From: an uncultured delta proteobacterium
Lineage (GTDB): Bacteria > Desulfobacterota > Binatia > Binatales > Binataceae
Length of the DNA stretch: 64,000 nt
Assembly (NCBI GenBank): GCA_963808235.1
Contig: CAWEEQ010000004.1
Location: forward strand, 2,368,001-2,432,000
Reading direction: 5' to 3'
Position 1 is the stretch's first letter; each line of letters starts with the position of its first letter. Shown one piece after another: positions 19,033-27,912 of this stretch. The notes below the pieces were generated by a model. It was given only the letters and a program-made list of their open reading frames with translations. It made no database searches and had not been told where the DNA came from. Made by a program: the position numbers and the translations under genes.

Positions 19033-19775
19033 TGGATCCGCCCGACTTCATCGATCGAGCCGATCGTAATGTCCGCAAGAGCGTCCGCACCCTCGGGAGG
19101 GGTGCGATTCAAATCCGTGCGCAGCCAAACAGTTCTGAGGCCGAGTTTCTTCGCGGGTGCGCAATCTTTGCTCAGCGAGTCGCCGATTATGGCAGTTCTC
19201 TCGGCAGTCGTTTGGCCTGCGGCTCGCATTTTCTTCAACGCGAATTCGAAAATTCCGGGTTCGGGTTTAAAAATTCCTAGCCGCGACGAATCCGCGATCG
19301 CGTCGAAGAATCGATCGAGGCGCGCGTCGGCGAGAATCCGATCGAGATTCCCATAAAAATTCGACACCACGCCCATCCGGTAACGGCCTCGGAGCGCGGC
19401 GAGGACGTCGCGGCTGTGCTCCAATCCGGCCAACGTCTCACGCACGAATGAACTCGTTACCGCCTCGACTACTCGATGACGCCCCTTTGCGCCGCCTTCG
19501 TCCAGTAACGCCCGGATTTTCGGCGGCCCGCTTTGCCGAAGATATTCAAACTGATGGCCAACGAGGAATCGCACCAGGTCGATCAAGCCGAAGCGAGTGA
19601 CGATCCGCGTGGCCCCATAGCCAATCCTGGTCGCATGGTCGAAGGCCGGGTCGAGTTCCGCGCGGCTGATCTCGACTCCTGCGGCGCGATAATCCGCGAG
19701 GAACCGGTCGAGCCAATGCGCGGGCCCGTCGAGCGTGCCGCCGAAATCGAACAGGATTGCCTCTATGTTTGCCAC
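19026..19775 (-). CDS. HAD family hydrolase
   Basis: FDFGGTLD, VVSNFYGN, KPEPGIF, IGDSLSKD. Confidence 0.88.
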   Translation of the reverse strand: MANIEAILFDFGGTLDGPAHWLDRFLADYRAAGVEISRAELDPAFDHATRIGYGATRIVTRFGLIDLVRFLVGHQFEYLRQSGPPKIRALLDEGGAKGRHRVVEAVTSSFVRETLAGLEHSRDVLAALRGRYRMGVVSNFYGNLDRILADARLDRFFDAIADSSRLGIFKPEPGIFEFALKKMRAAGQTTAERTAIIGDSLSKDCAPAKKLGLRTVWLRTDLNRTPPEGADALADITIGSIDEVGRIQW

Positions 19776-20248
19776 GAACGCTCCAGCTTAACAGTCGTGA
19801 TACCCAGCCTCTAGCATGCGGTTTGAAAACCCGATGAAAGGGTCACATCGCAAGCCGCGTACCATCGATGATCCCGCGATCTGGAGCCGATTTCGTCCAT
19901 CAATGCTTCGCTCGCTCCGGACTCGCTTTCGCAACAGGCACCTGGCGCCCCGCAGACCAGCTTGAGGGCGCAAAAAATGCTGTCCGTTGCTATTCCGAGT
20001 GTAGACCTACGTCGATTTGACGGTGTTCTCCAAGTAACGCGCTGACCATCAAGAGTTCGTCGGTATAGTTCTCGGCTGGTGCGGGTTGGCGGAGGGTGTG
20101 GACTGCTGAAATTTGGCCCTCGTCAAACAAGGTTCCTGAAGGCTATAATTTAGGAGATGAAAGCCCGGCGGAACCAACAATCAAACTCATAATTCGGGCC
20201 CGGAGCTAGTAGCCGGGCTACTTCCGCTGCGGTTACCCCTGTGTTACG

Positions 20249-21484
20249 TTGACCGCGACCTGTACGCGGCTGAACGAAAACGGTTTTACTAGAACGTTGT
20301 TAATAGAAACTGCACTAATCGCCGCGCCTAACCGCGCGGACAATGCGATTTTCGGGCGCCCGCTCCTGGAGCGGCTGATGATTAATTGCGAGCGCGTCGG
20401 CGTGAAGCGGTTCGTGATCGCGGCGCCATCGGCACAGCATCAGGAACTCGGACACGCGATGGGCCGGTTCAAAAATCTTGACACGGTCTCAATCGTCGAG
20501 TCGTTCGGCGAGGTCTTGGACGCCAGTAGCGCGAATGGGGCGGCAATCGACCCGTCGGCGCCTTGCGTCACATTTTCAGGAAACCTGGTTTTCGCGAAAT
20601 CGCATCTGACGCGGATTTTCGCTTTGCACGCGGCGAGTCCTGAAAGGGTGCATCGCGCGGAAAGCACCGACCGCGATCACGGCGGAGAGATCGCAACCGG
20701 ACCGATCGGTCAGATTCTCGAACGCGCCGGAATCGCGACTATGCTCACGCCGGCCGCGTCCCGCCTGTTGCCATTCGCACTGAACGGACGGCCTGAGGAT
20801 CGTGAGGAGGCGGAGCTGCGGCTGGCGCAAGCCGTCCGCGAGGAATCCGCACACAAGGACGCGCCGATGGCGCGCTGGGTCGATCGGCGTGTCTCGTGGC
20901 GAATCAGCTACTGGCTCGCGACGCACACCTCGATCACGCCCAACATGGTCACGGTCGCAAACACCACGTTCGGACTCGGATGCGCATTCATGTTCGCGGT
21001 GCCGAATTACTGGGCGCGGCTGTTCGCGGCGATATTCTTTCTCATTTCCGTAACGATTGACGGTGTGGACGGCGAGCTCGCACGCCTCAAGATGCAGGAG
21101 AGCGATTTCGGCGGCTCGCTGGATGTCATCACTGACAACGTCGTTCATGTCGGAATCTTCATCGGCCTGCTCGCGGGATGCTATCGCGCGAGCCAAAGCG
21201 CTGCGTACCTGTACCTGATTCCGATTCTGCTGATTGGATTCGCGATGTGCGCCTATGCGACCTGGCGCGCCTTCAAGTTCAAGGGCGAGCAGGCCGCGGC
21301 GTGGCTGGACAAGGTCGATCGATGGAGCGGGCGCGACTTCGCGTACCTGCTGGTGCTGTTGGCTGCAATCAATCGGCTGGAGTGGTTCGCGTGGGGCACC
21401 GCGTTTGGCACCTATGTCTTCGCAGTCGCGCTCATCTGGATCACCGGCCATTCACGATCTCCGTTGTCTGCTGAGAGCCCGTAG
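20249..21484 (+). CDS. CDP-alcohol phosphotransferase with a degenerate N-terminal nucleotidyltransferase-like domain
   Basis: TPNMVT and DGVDGELARLKMQESDFGGSLDVITD match DxxDGxxAR-G-xxxD-xxxD; N-terminal IFGRPLLERL segment. Confidence 0.88.
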   Translation: MTATCTRLNENGFTRTLLIETALIAAPNRADNAIFGRPLLERLMINCERVGVKRFVIAAPSAQHQELGHAMGRFKNLDTVSIVESFGEVLDASSANGAAIDPSAPCVTFSGNLVFAKSHLTRIFALHAASPERVHRAESTDRDHGGEIATGPIGQILERAGIATMLTPAASRLLPFALNGRPEDREEAELRLAQAVREESAHKDAPMARWVDRRVSWRISYWLATHTSITPNMVTVANTTFGLGCAFMFAVPNYWARLFAAIFFLISVTIDGVDGELARLKMQESDFGGSLDVITDNVVHVGIFIGLLAGCYRASQSAAYLYLIPILLIGFAMCAYATWRAFKFKGEQAAAWLDKVDRWSGRDFAYLLVLLAAINRLEWFAWGTAFGTYVFAVALIWITGHSRSPLSAESP

Positions 21485-21511
21485 CTGAGCGTCGCTGCGG
21501 GCGGAGGAAGT

Positions 21512-22843
21512 ATGAAAGGTAAGAAGCCGAAACTCCTGTTGGTGCAACCTACGACCGTCCATCTGGACGGCACTCCGCACAAAACCCGCTGGCGGCTGAT
21601 TATGGGGCTGATGATTCCCCTGATGGCGGGACTGACTCCGGACGATTTCGACGTGACGCTGTGCGACGAGCGACTCGAGGAAATCGATTTCGACGGCGGC
21701 TGGGACCTGGTCGGGATGACCACCACGATCGGCGCGTCGCTGCGCGCTTATCAGCTAGGCGACGAATTTCGCCGGCGCGGAATCCCGGTAGTGTTCGGCG
21801 GATTTCATGCAACTCTGCAGACCGAAGAAGCGCTCCATCATTGCGACGCGGTCGTGCAGGGAGAGGCTGACCTGGTCTGGCCCGAGCTGCTGCAGGACTG
21901 GCAGGACGGCAAGCTCAAGCAAGTCTACAAAGCCGACAAGATGCACGATCTGAAAAATCTCCCACGCCCGCGCCATGAGCTGCTCAAGCTCAACCGCTAC
22001 CTGTTCAAAGCGGTGCCGGTGCAGGCGAGCCGGGGATGCCCATATCGATGCTCGTTCTGCGAAATTCCGGTCTTCTATGAAGGCGCGTACCGGACCCGGC
22101 CTATCGAGGACATCGTCGAAGAGATCAAGCAGGTGGTGAAAATCACCGGCTTCAGGCGCTTCCAGTTTATCGACGATCAGATCACCGGCAAGCATAAGTT
22201 CGCGCGTGAGCTATTCAAGGCGCTCGAGCCCTTGAACATCCGGTTCTCATGCCTGTGGACGATCAACTCGAACCATGACGACGACTTGCTCGAGCTGGCG
22301 GCCAAGGCGGGAATCTTCCACGTCAATATCGGGGTCGAATCGATCAGCCAGGAAAGCCTGCTCTCGATGAACAAGATCCAGAATCACGCGGGGCAGTATA
22401 AGAAGCTGCTGAAGAAGCTCGAGAAATACGGCATCTACTATTCGCTCAATTTCCTGTTCGGGCTGGAAGAAGATCATCCCGGCATCTTCGACGACACGCT
22501 CAAGTTCCTGCATGAGGTCAAGGCGCCCGAGGCGTTCTTCAACACGGTGACGCCGCGCCGCGGCACGCCGATGCGCACGCAGCTCGAGAACGAGGGCCGC
22601 GTGATCATCCCCGACGCCGACCTCTACACCAACAACTTCCGCTGCATGTTCGTGCCCAAGAACATGTCGCCGCAGGAAGTCGAAGAAGGCGTGTGGCGAT
22701 GCACGAAGGAATTCTACTCGCTGAAGTCGATGTTCCGCCGGCTGCTGATGCCGCCCGGGAAGTTCACCTGGCAGGGCCTGACTGAGAACATGCTCTTCTA
22801 CTGGGGCGCGAAGCGGCAGATCGATCCGGTCGATTACTATTAG
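21512..22843 (+). CDS. B12-binding-domain radical SAM protein
   Basis: VVFGGFHAT, GEAD, SRGCPYRCSFC (CxxxCxxC); RBS GGAGG. Confidence 0.9.
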   Translation: MKGKKPKLLLVQPTTVHLDGTPHKTRWRLIMGLMIPLMAGLTPDDFDVTLCDERLEEIDFDGGWDLVGMTTTIGASLRAYQLGDEFRRRGIPVVFGGFHATLQTEEALHHCDAVVQGEADLVWPELLQDWQDGKLKQVYKADKMHDLKNLPRPRHELLKLNRYLFKAVPVQASRGCPYRCSFCEIPVFYEGAYRTRPIEDIVEEIKQVVKITGFRRFQFIDDQITGKHKFARELFKALEPLNIRFSCLWTINSNHDDDLLELAAKAGIFHVNIGVESISQESLLSMNKIQNHAGQYKKLLKKLEKYGIYYSLNFLFGLEEDHPGIFDDTLKFLHEVKAPEAFFNTVTPRRGTPMRTQLENEGRVIIPDADLYTNNFRCMFVPKNMSPQEVEEGVWRCTKEFYSLKSMFRRLLMPPGKFTWQGLTENMLFYWGAKRQIDPVDYY

Positions 22844-22855
22844 GCCGTCCGGTCT

Positions 22856-23171
22856 TTGATCCTAAAGACTTCCGCCATCCTCGTGCTTGGCCGCGCTGCT
22901 TGAAGTCGGCGGCGATGCGCTCATCCGAATCGGGCTGCGCGGAACGGGCTACTCGATCGTAGCCGGCGCGCTGACGCTGTTCGCATACGGCGTAGTGGTG
23001 AATCTGAGCGGTGTGGATTTCAACCGCCTGATGGGAATCTACATCGCGGTCTTCTTCGTAGTGTCGCAGGCGATCTCGTTTATTCTCTTCAAGCAGATTC
23101 CCGACGACAGAATCCTGCTCGGCGGCGGATTTATCGTCGCCGGCGGCCTCCTGATCCTGCTGATGACCTGA
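22856..23171 (+). CDS. Small 4-TM membrane protein (YnfA/SMR-like); apparent +1 frameshift near 22886
   Basis: AALLEVGGDALIR...YG...GIYIAVFFVVSQ; hydrophobic N-terminus from TTG 22856 in the adjacent frame. Confidence 0.6.
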
Positions 23172-23451
23172 TCCGCTTGCCCGCTCAGGATTTGAATTCG
23201 GCCTTCAGCCGATCCGCGACGAACATCTTCAGCAGCGATTGATAGGGCACGTCGCGCTTGTTTGCCAGGAGCTTCAAGCGATCCAGCATTGGCTTCGGCA
23301 GACGGATCGAGATGGTCTGGGACGAGGGCTTCAGGTTGGGCAGTCGCGCGCCTGGCCTCGCGCCAGTCAATGTAATCCGTCGAGTCGTGAGACGCCCAAA
23401 ACTTGCGCTCGGCATCTTCGCTCCTGAATTTCGGGTAGTGGGTCAGTTTGC

Positions 23452-23676
23452 CGATTTACGCGGTTAACCAACGCGTTTTCAAAGAAAGTCGAAAACCATA
23501 TGCATGCGCTTTCGATCTACTTCATGCACTATAGTTTCGTGCGTATCCATCAGACGCTCCGATGCTCGCCCGCGATGGAAGCTGGCGTCACTGACCGGCT
23601 CTGGTCGCTTGTAGATATGGTCGGAATCGTGGACGAATGGGAAACGAGCCAGAAGGCAGAGCAGCAGAGTGCATAA
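23452..23676 (+). pseudogene. C-terminal remnant of an IS1-family transposase
   Basis: Manual translation RFTRLTNAFSKKVENHMHALSIYFMHYSFVRIHQTLRCSPAMEAGVTDRLW...*; no start codon, abuts the left TIR. Confidence 0.8.
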
Positions 23677-23904
23677 ATGAACCAGAACGGCCTTCCGATG
23701 TTAGTTCTTGTTGTCGGCTTCGGTCTCTGGTGGGTACTAGCGCCCCGAAGCGTGATCCGTTTCTACTGTTGGTTCTATCCAAGTCCCAAAAATGCTTTTG
23801 CACGAGCAACGCCGCTTAGGATTAGGCTGGCGGGACTGACGTGGTTAATTTTGCTCGCTTGGGTTCTTATCTCGGTAGCACTTCACCCGCGGACTTCAAA
23901 CTGA
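23677..23904 (+). CDS. Small 2-TM passenger protein, unknown function
   Basis: 75-aa ORF whose ATG immediately follows the transposase TAA; its TGA lies inside the right TIR; two hydrophobic segments. Confidence 0.55.
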   Translation: MNQNGLPMLVLVVGFGLWWVLAPRSVIRFYCWFYPSPKNAFARATPLRIRLAGLTWLILLAWVLISVALHPRTSN

Positions 23905-23967
23905 CCCACTTCCGAATTTCGGCAGCGGTTTCTTCATGATGGTCGCATTTAGTATAGCGCGGATGAT

Positions 23968-24813
23968 TCAGGGCTGCAGGACGGTATTGTCTATCAGCCG
24001 CGTCTTGCCGACGCGCGCGGCGATCGCAATCAGGATCGGCCGGTCCAGCGACGGGTCCGGCGCGAGGGTTTCGGCGTCGACCGCCTCGACGTATTCAACC
24101 GCCACATTTTTCATCCGCTTGAGCACGCGCGTCGCCGCGAACACGATCTCCTCGGTGCAACACGCGCCGGTGCGATGCTTTTCGCGGGCCGCGCGGAGCG
24201 CGAGGCTCAGCGCAAGCGCATCTTCGCGCTCGGCGGGCGAGAGGTATGCGTTGCGCGAACTCATCGCGAGGCCGTCCTTCTCGCGCACGATGGGCACCGG
24301 GACAATTTCGACATCGAAGTTCAAATCGCGCACCATCCGCTGAATCGAGCGCAACTGCTGGAAGTCTTTTTCGCCGAAAACTGCGAAATGCGGCTTCACG
24401 ATGTTGAACAGTTTCGCGACCACCGTGGTAACGCCGCGAAAATGGCCCGGGCGATTGCTCCCGCAGAGGCCGCGCGTGACCTCGGTCACTTCGACCCAGC
24501 TCTGCGAGTCCAGCGAGTACATCGTCGAAGGCTCCGGCGCGAATACGATGTCCACCGGCACGGTTTGCAACATCGCGCAGTCACGCTCGAAGTCGCGCGG
24601 ATAGCGTGCGAAATCCTCGCCCGGCCCGAATTGGGTTGGATTGACGAAGATCGACGCGACCAGAATTGAGGACCTTCGGCGCCCTTCGCGCATCAGGGTC
24701 AGATGCCCATCATGCAGATAGCCCATCGTCGGCACTAGCGCGATTCGCTCGCCCCTCTTGCGAGCAGTCTCGGCGCACCGGGTCATCTCGTCGGGCGAAG
24801 TAACAATCTCCAT
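23968..24813 (-). CDS. panC: Pantoate--beta-alanine ligase
   Basis: VPTMGYLHDGH, SIFVNPTQF, RPGHFRGV, FGEKDFQQ, GLAMSSRN, RLIDN; own RBS GGAGG and ATG at 24813. Confidence 0.95.
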   Translation of the reverse strand: MEIVTSPDEMTRCAETARKRGERIALVPTMGYLHDGHLTLMREGRRRSSILVASIFVNPTQFGPGEDFARYPRDFERDCAMLQTVPVDIVFAPEPSTMYSLDSQSWVEVTEVTRGLCGSNRPGHFRGVTTVVAKLFNIVKPHFAVFGEKDFQQLRSIQRMVRDLNFDVEIVPVPIVREKDGLAMSSRNAYLSPAEREDALALSLALRAAREKHRTGACCTEEIVFAATRVLKRMKNVAVEYVEAVDAETLAPDPSLDRPILIAIAARVGKTRLIDNTVLQP

Positions 24814-24815
24814 CG

Positions 24816-25650
24816 CTAACTCCTCCGATTCTCGCTGTAGCAATGCTCGCGGCGCGGGGAACGCGCGCTCCTTCACTTCGCGCACGTAGGCTGTGGCAGC
24901 GGCCGTGGCGTCGTTCCACAGATGCGCGAACGGCTTGGCGAAGCGCGGCGCACACCCTTCGACAAGGCCGAGCATGTCATGCATCACCAGCACCTGGCCG
25001 TCGCAATGCGGCCCGGCGCCGATGCCGATAGTCGGGACCGCGACGCGCGCGCTGATCTCGCGGGCCAGTGACGGTGGCACGCCTTCCACGACGATCGCGA
25101 ACGCGCCGGCCGCTTCCAGCGCGGCCGCGTCGTCGAGCAGCCGCTGGCGGCATCCTGGTTTGCGGCCCTGCACGCGATATCCACCCATGCGATGAATCGA
25201 CTGCGGGGTAAGGCCGATATGGCCCATCACCGGTATATCAACCGAGGTGATTCGCCGGATCGTCTCGGCAACTGCGATGCCGCCTTCGAGCTTCACCGCC
25301 TCTGCGCCGCCCTCCTTGACCAGTCTGCCCGCGTTGCGAAGCGCTTCCTCGGAACTGATTTGATAGGAGAGGAACGGCATGTCGGCGATGACCAGCGCGC
25401 GCCGCCGGCCGCGGGCGACTGCGCGGGTGTGATAGATGACTTCGTCGATCGTGACGGCAAGGGTGCTGTCCTCGCCGCGCACCGCCATCGCGAGGCTGTC
25501 GCCCACCAGGAGCGCATCGACGCCGCAGTTGTCGAAGATTCTCGCAAATGGAAAGTCGTACGCCGTCAGCATCGTGATCGGCTGGCCGGCAGCCTTCATC
25601 CGCGCGAAATCCGGAACCCGGACTTTGTCCTGCGAGGTATTTGTTTTCAA
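24816..25650 (-). CDS. panB: 3-methyl-2-oxobutanoate hydroxymethyltransferase; apparent +1 base near 24849 fuses it to panC in the ORF track
   Basis: MLTAYD, LVGDSL, ADMPF, AVKLEGG, GHIGLTPQ, IGIGAG, DGQVLV; corrected end reads FPAPEHCYSENRRS*. Confidence 0.93.
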
Positions 25651-25667
25651 ACGATTCAGCCGCTCCC

Positions 25668-25860
25668 AAAAAAAATCGGGACTGCGCGCGTCGGCAACCC
25701 CGTATGAGAGCGCACTCGCTCGAGCGAGCGCTCAGAATCACTCGGAGTCCCGGTCACCAACATCGGATCCAGGCGCGAGCAGAACGTTATGTCTTTTGCC
25801 TCCACTCCGGAGGCGCTCACATCACCCAAGTCTCGCCGGAAGAAAGTCTTCTCGACGGAC
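25668..25860 (-). ncRNA. Structured panB leader resembling the pan RNA motif, with a U8 tract before the RBS
   Basis: Two stems, each with a 5' bulged A and ending in GAC: CGTCG-A-GAAGA/TCTTC-CGGCG (25830-25860) and CCTGG-A-TC/GA-CCGGG (25747-25775); AGTCCCGA-T8 at 25683-25668. Confidence 0.6.
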
Positions 25861-26066
25861 GAACTCAACTATATAGAGAAAGTCGGCGCCCCCGTAAAGC
25901 TAAATTTTTCGGTCGGCGGCTTCAGTCGTATCGGGCGGAGCGGGACTTCGAGCAGCCAGATCACCGGCGAATGCCTTAGTCGACTATGAGGCGCGTACGC
26001 GGCGAGAGTTCGCAAAGCGTTCAGCCGAAACGACCGACAGTCACGCGGAAGAGGCGGACGAATTAC

Positions 26067-27044
26067 TCAATTGGTGGCTTGGGTCAGGTTGGGCGGGCCG
26101 GGAGGGATCGAAATCACGATCTGCAGGCGCTTCCCGTCGCGCACCACGCTCAGATAGATCATCTCGCCCGGCTGGAGATTGCGGGTGCGATCCTGGAAGT
26201 CGAGAAAGTTTCTCACCCGGGTGCCGTCCACGCCGATAATCAGATCGTAGCTCTGGCCGATAGCGCTGTAGTCGAGTGCGGGGATGAGCAGAATCGCGGG
26301 CGGGAAAAACATCGCCCCGGCAATCGCAACACCGGTAATCATGTCATGCTTGCCGCTGCTGTATGCGTGCAAGCCCACATCGGCGGCAGGGCTGCCCTTC
26401 TTGATCGCGACGATCAACAAGCCGTCGGCTTCCTCGCCGGAGCTTAGCGTGCGATGGTCCTCGCGCAGTTCCAGGCCGATCGGAGTGGAAAGATCGCCAC
26501 CGCTATCGTAGTCGCGAAGGCTCTGAAGCTGCTCGGGCGGCATCCCGCTTTGCTCCTGCTCGTAGGTTGTGATCTCGTTGGGTTCGCCGGAGGACTGCGA
26601 CTCAGCGGAGGTAATGGCGGGCGGATCTACAGGGATCGAACCTGAGACAGGCGGAATCTCGGCCAAACCAGGCACGTCGTGCGCGTCTTGAGACGTTGGC
26701 ACGAGGTTGGATGCGCCGGTGTTCGAGAGCCGATCGTCATTCGCGGGCGTCGTCGCGCCCTTACTCGGAAGTGGATTCGGTTCCGCAACTATCGGGGCGT
26801 CGGCAGACGCGACTCGCGCGTTCGCGCTATTGGAGGCTGCGGGCGTGGGCTTCGCGGCCGGGGAACTGACCGGCGGCGCGGGCGTTGAGGCGAGTGACGC
26901 GGCCTTCCATGCCGCCGACGCTGCGGGCTCGTCGACCGGCTGCGCAAATGCGCGCGCACTCATGATGAGCGCGGTCGCGGCGATTGCCGCGGCAGTCAAG
27001 CAGCTGCGCCGCCTCCTGCTATTTAACGCTCCATCGCTTTTCAT
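26067..27044 (-). CDS. Secreted protein with a low-complexity Pro/Ala/Ser linker and C-terminal PDZ domain
   Basis: Signal peptide ending AFA; GLLIVAIKKGSPAADVGL...DLIIGVDG...VVRDGK PDZ pattern. Confidence 0.75.
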   Translation of the reverse strand: MKSDGALNSRRRRSCLTAAAIAATALIMSARAFAQPVDEPAASAAWKAASLASTPAPPVSSPAAKPTPAASNSANARVASADAPIVAEPNPLPSKGATTPANDDRLSNTGASNLVPTSQDAHDVPGLAEIPPVSGSIPVDPPAITSAESQSSGEPNEITTYEQEQSGMPPEQLQSLRDYDSGGDLSTPIGLELREDHRTLSSGEEADGLLIVAIKKGSPAADVGLHAYSSGKHDMITGVAIAGAMFFPPAILLIPALDYSAIGQSYDLIIGVDGTRVRNFLDFQDRTRNLQPGEMIYLSVVRDGKRLQIVISIPPGPPNLTQATN

Positions 27045-27891
27045 GCTCCACCACGCGGCTCTCTCGCTCGAGCTTTCGCAGATGCGAGCGGACCGAATTT
27101 GCAGCGGCAGGATGCAGATACTCGGGAACGTCGAGATAGATCTTCTTCACAATCGCCATGGCGTCGAGCGGGCCGTCCGCGAGTGCGGTCAGGATCTGCC
27201 GCTCGCGGAGTTCGCGATGCTCGATATATTCGCGAATCTTCTGCTTGGGATTGCGGATGACCGGTCCGTGCGCCGGATAAATCGTTTCGAGATCGAGTTC
27301 GAGCAAGCGCCTGAGCGAATCCATGTACTGCCCCAGGTCGCCGGTGTCATCGGGGATCACCGTGGTCCCCGCGCCCAGCACCACGTCACCAGTAAATAGC
27401 GCGCGTTCCTCTTCGAGCACATAGCACAAATGATCCGGCGCGTGCCCTGGCGTGAACACCGCGCGCAAGGTGGCGCCTTCGGTCTCGATAACCGCATCGT
27501 GGCCGATAGCGGAAATTGCGCCGGCGGAAGCATCGTGGCCTTCCCACGGCATCTTGGACACTGGCATCTCGCCAAACCGCTCGATGACCTGGCGCACGCC
27601 GCCAAGATGATCAATGTGAGCGTGGGTGAGAACAATCTGCTCGAGTTCGTCGCAGTCTGAGAGTTCCTTTAGTGCCGTCTCGAGCAGGTCCGCGTAGATG
27701 GCGACGCCCTGCCCCGTATCGAGCAGAAGAGGTCGCTTCGAAGTCCCGACGATATATGTGTTGGTGCCCGGCCCGGTGAAAGGACTCGGATTCTGACCAA
27801 GCACGGTGGCGACGCGCGGCGAGACCCGCGAGTAGTCCGGCATCTTGAGTCCGATCATCGAATCGGTGACGACTCGGCCGCGCTCAGCCAT
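27019..27891 (-). CDS. MBL-fold metallo-hydrolase (LACTB2-like)
   Basis: NPSPFTGPGTNTY, THAHIDHLGG, TPGHAPDH, FTGD, PAHG. Confidence 0.9.
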   Translation of the reverse strand: MAERGRVVTDSMIGLKMPDYSRVSPRVATVLGQNPSPFTGPGTNTYIVGTSKRPLLLDTGQGVAIYADLLETALKELSDCDELEQIVLTHAHIDHLGGVRQVIERFGEMPVSKMPWEGHDASAGAISAIGHDAVIETEGATLRAVFTPGHAPDHLCYVLEEERALFTGDVVLGAGTTVIPDDTGDLGQYMDSLRRLLELDLETIYPAHGPVIRNPKQKIREYIEHRELRERQILTALADGPLDAMAIVKKIYLDVPEYLHPAAANSVRSHLRKLERESRVVEHEKRWSVK

Positions 27892-27912
27892 TTACAGTCT
27901 CCCCAAATACCT

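Larger units (their letters stand above)
23434..23913 (+). mobile_element. 480-bp non-autonomous IS1-family derivative carrying a passenger gene
   Basis: TIRs GGTAGTGGGTCAGTTTG (23434-23450) and CAAACTGACCCACTTCC (23897-23913), 16/17 match; 8-bp direct repeat GAATTTCG at 23426-23433 and 23914-23921. Confidence 0.9.
23185..23937 (-). pseudogene. BrnA/CopG-like antitoxin interrupted by an IS1-family element
   Basis: Removing 23434-23913 plus one TSD gives MKKPLPKFRSEDAERKFWASHDSTDYIDW...LPNLKPSSQTISIRLPKPMLDRLKLLANKRDVPYQSLLK (one additional +1 base near 23344). Confidence 0.85.

Noticed and set aside
20144-20230. Possible leader peptide MKARRNQQSNS or riboswitch upstream of the CDP-alcohol phosphotransferase
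   Set aside because: AGGAG abuts the ATG with no spacer; the complementary segments (AGCCCGGC/GCCGGGCT) match no riboswitch I recognise
21512-22843. Naming the radical SAM hpnP, hpnR or hpnJ
   Set aside because: Only generic B12-binding and CxxxCxxC motifs are recognisable; assignment needs HMM or phylogenetic analysis
23968-25650. 560-aa PanB-PanC fusion in the ORF track
   Set aside because: Removing one base near 24849 gives a normal PanB end (FPAPEHCYS...*) followed by GGAGG and the panC ATG; this fits the window-wide +1 error pattern
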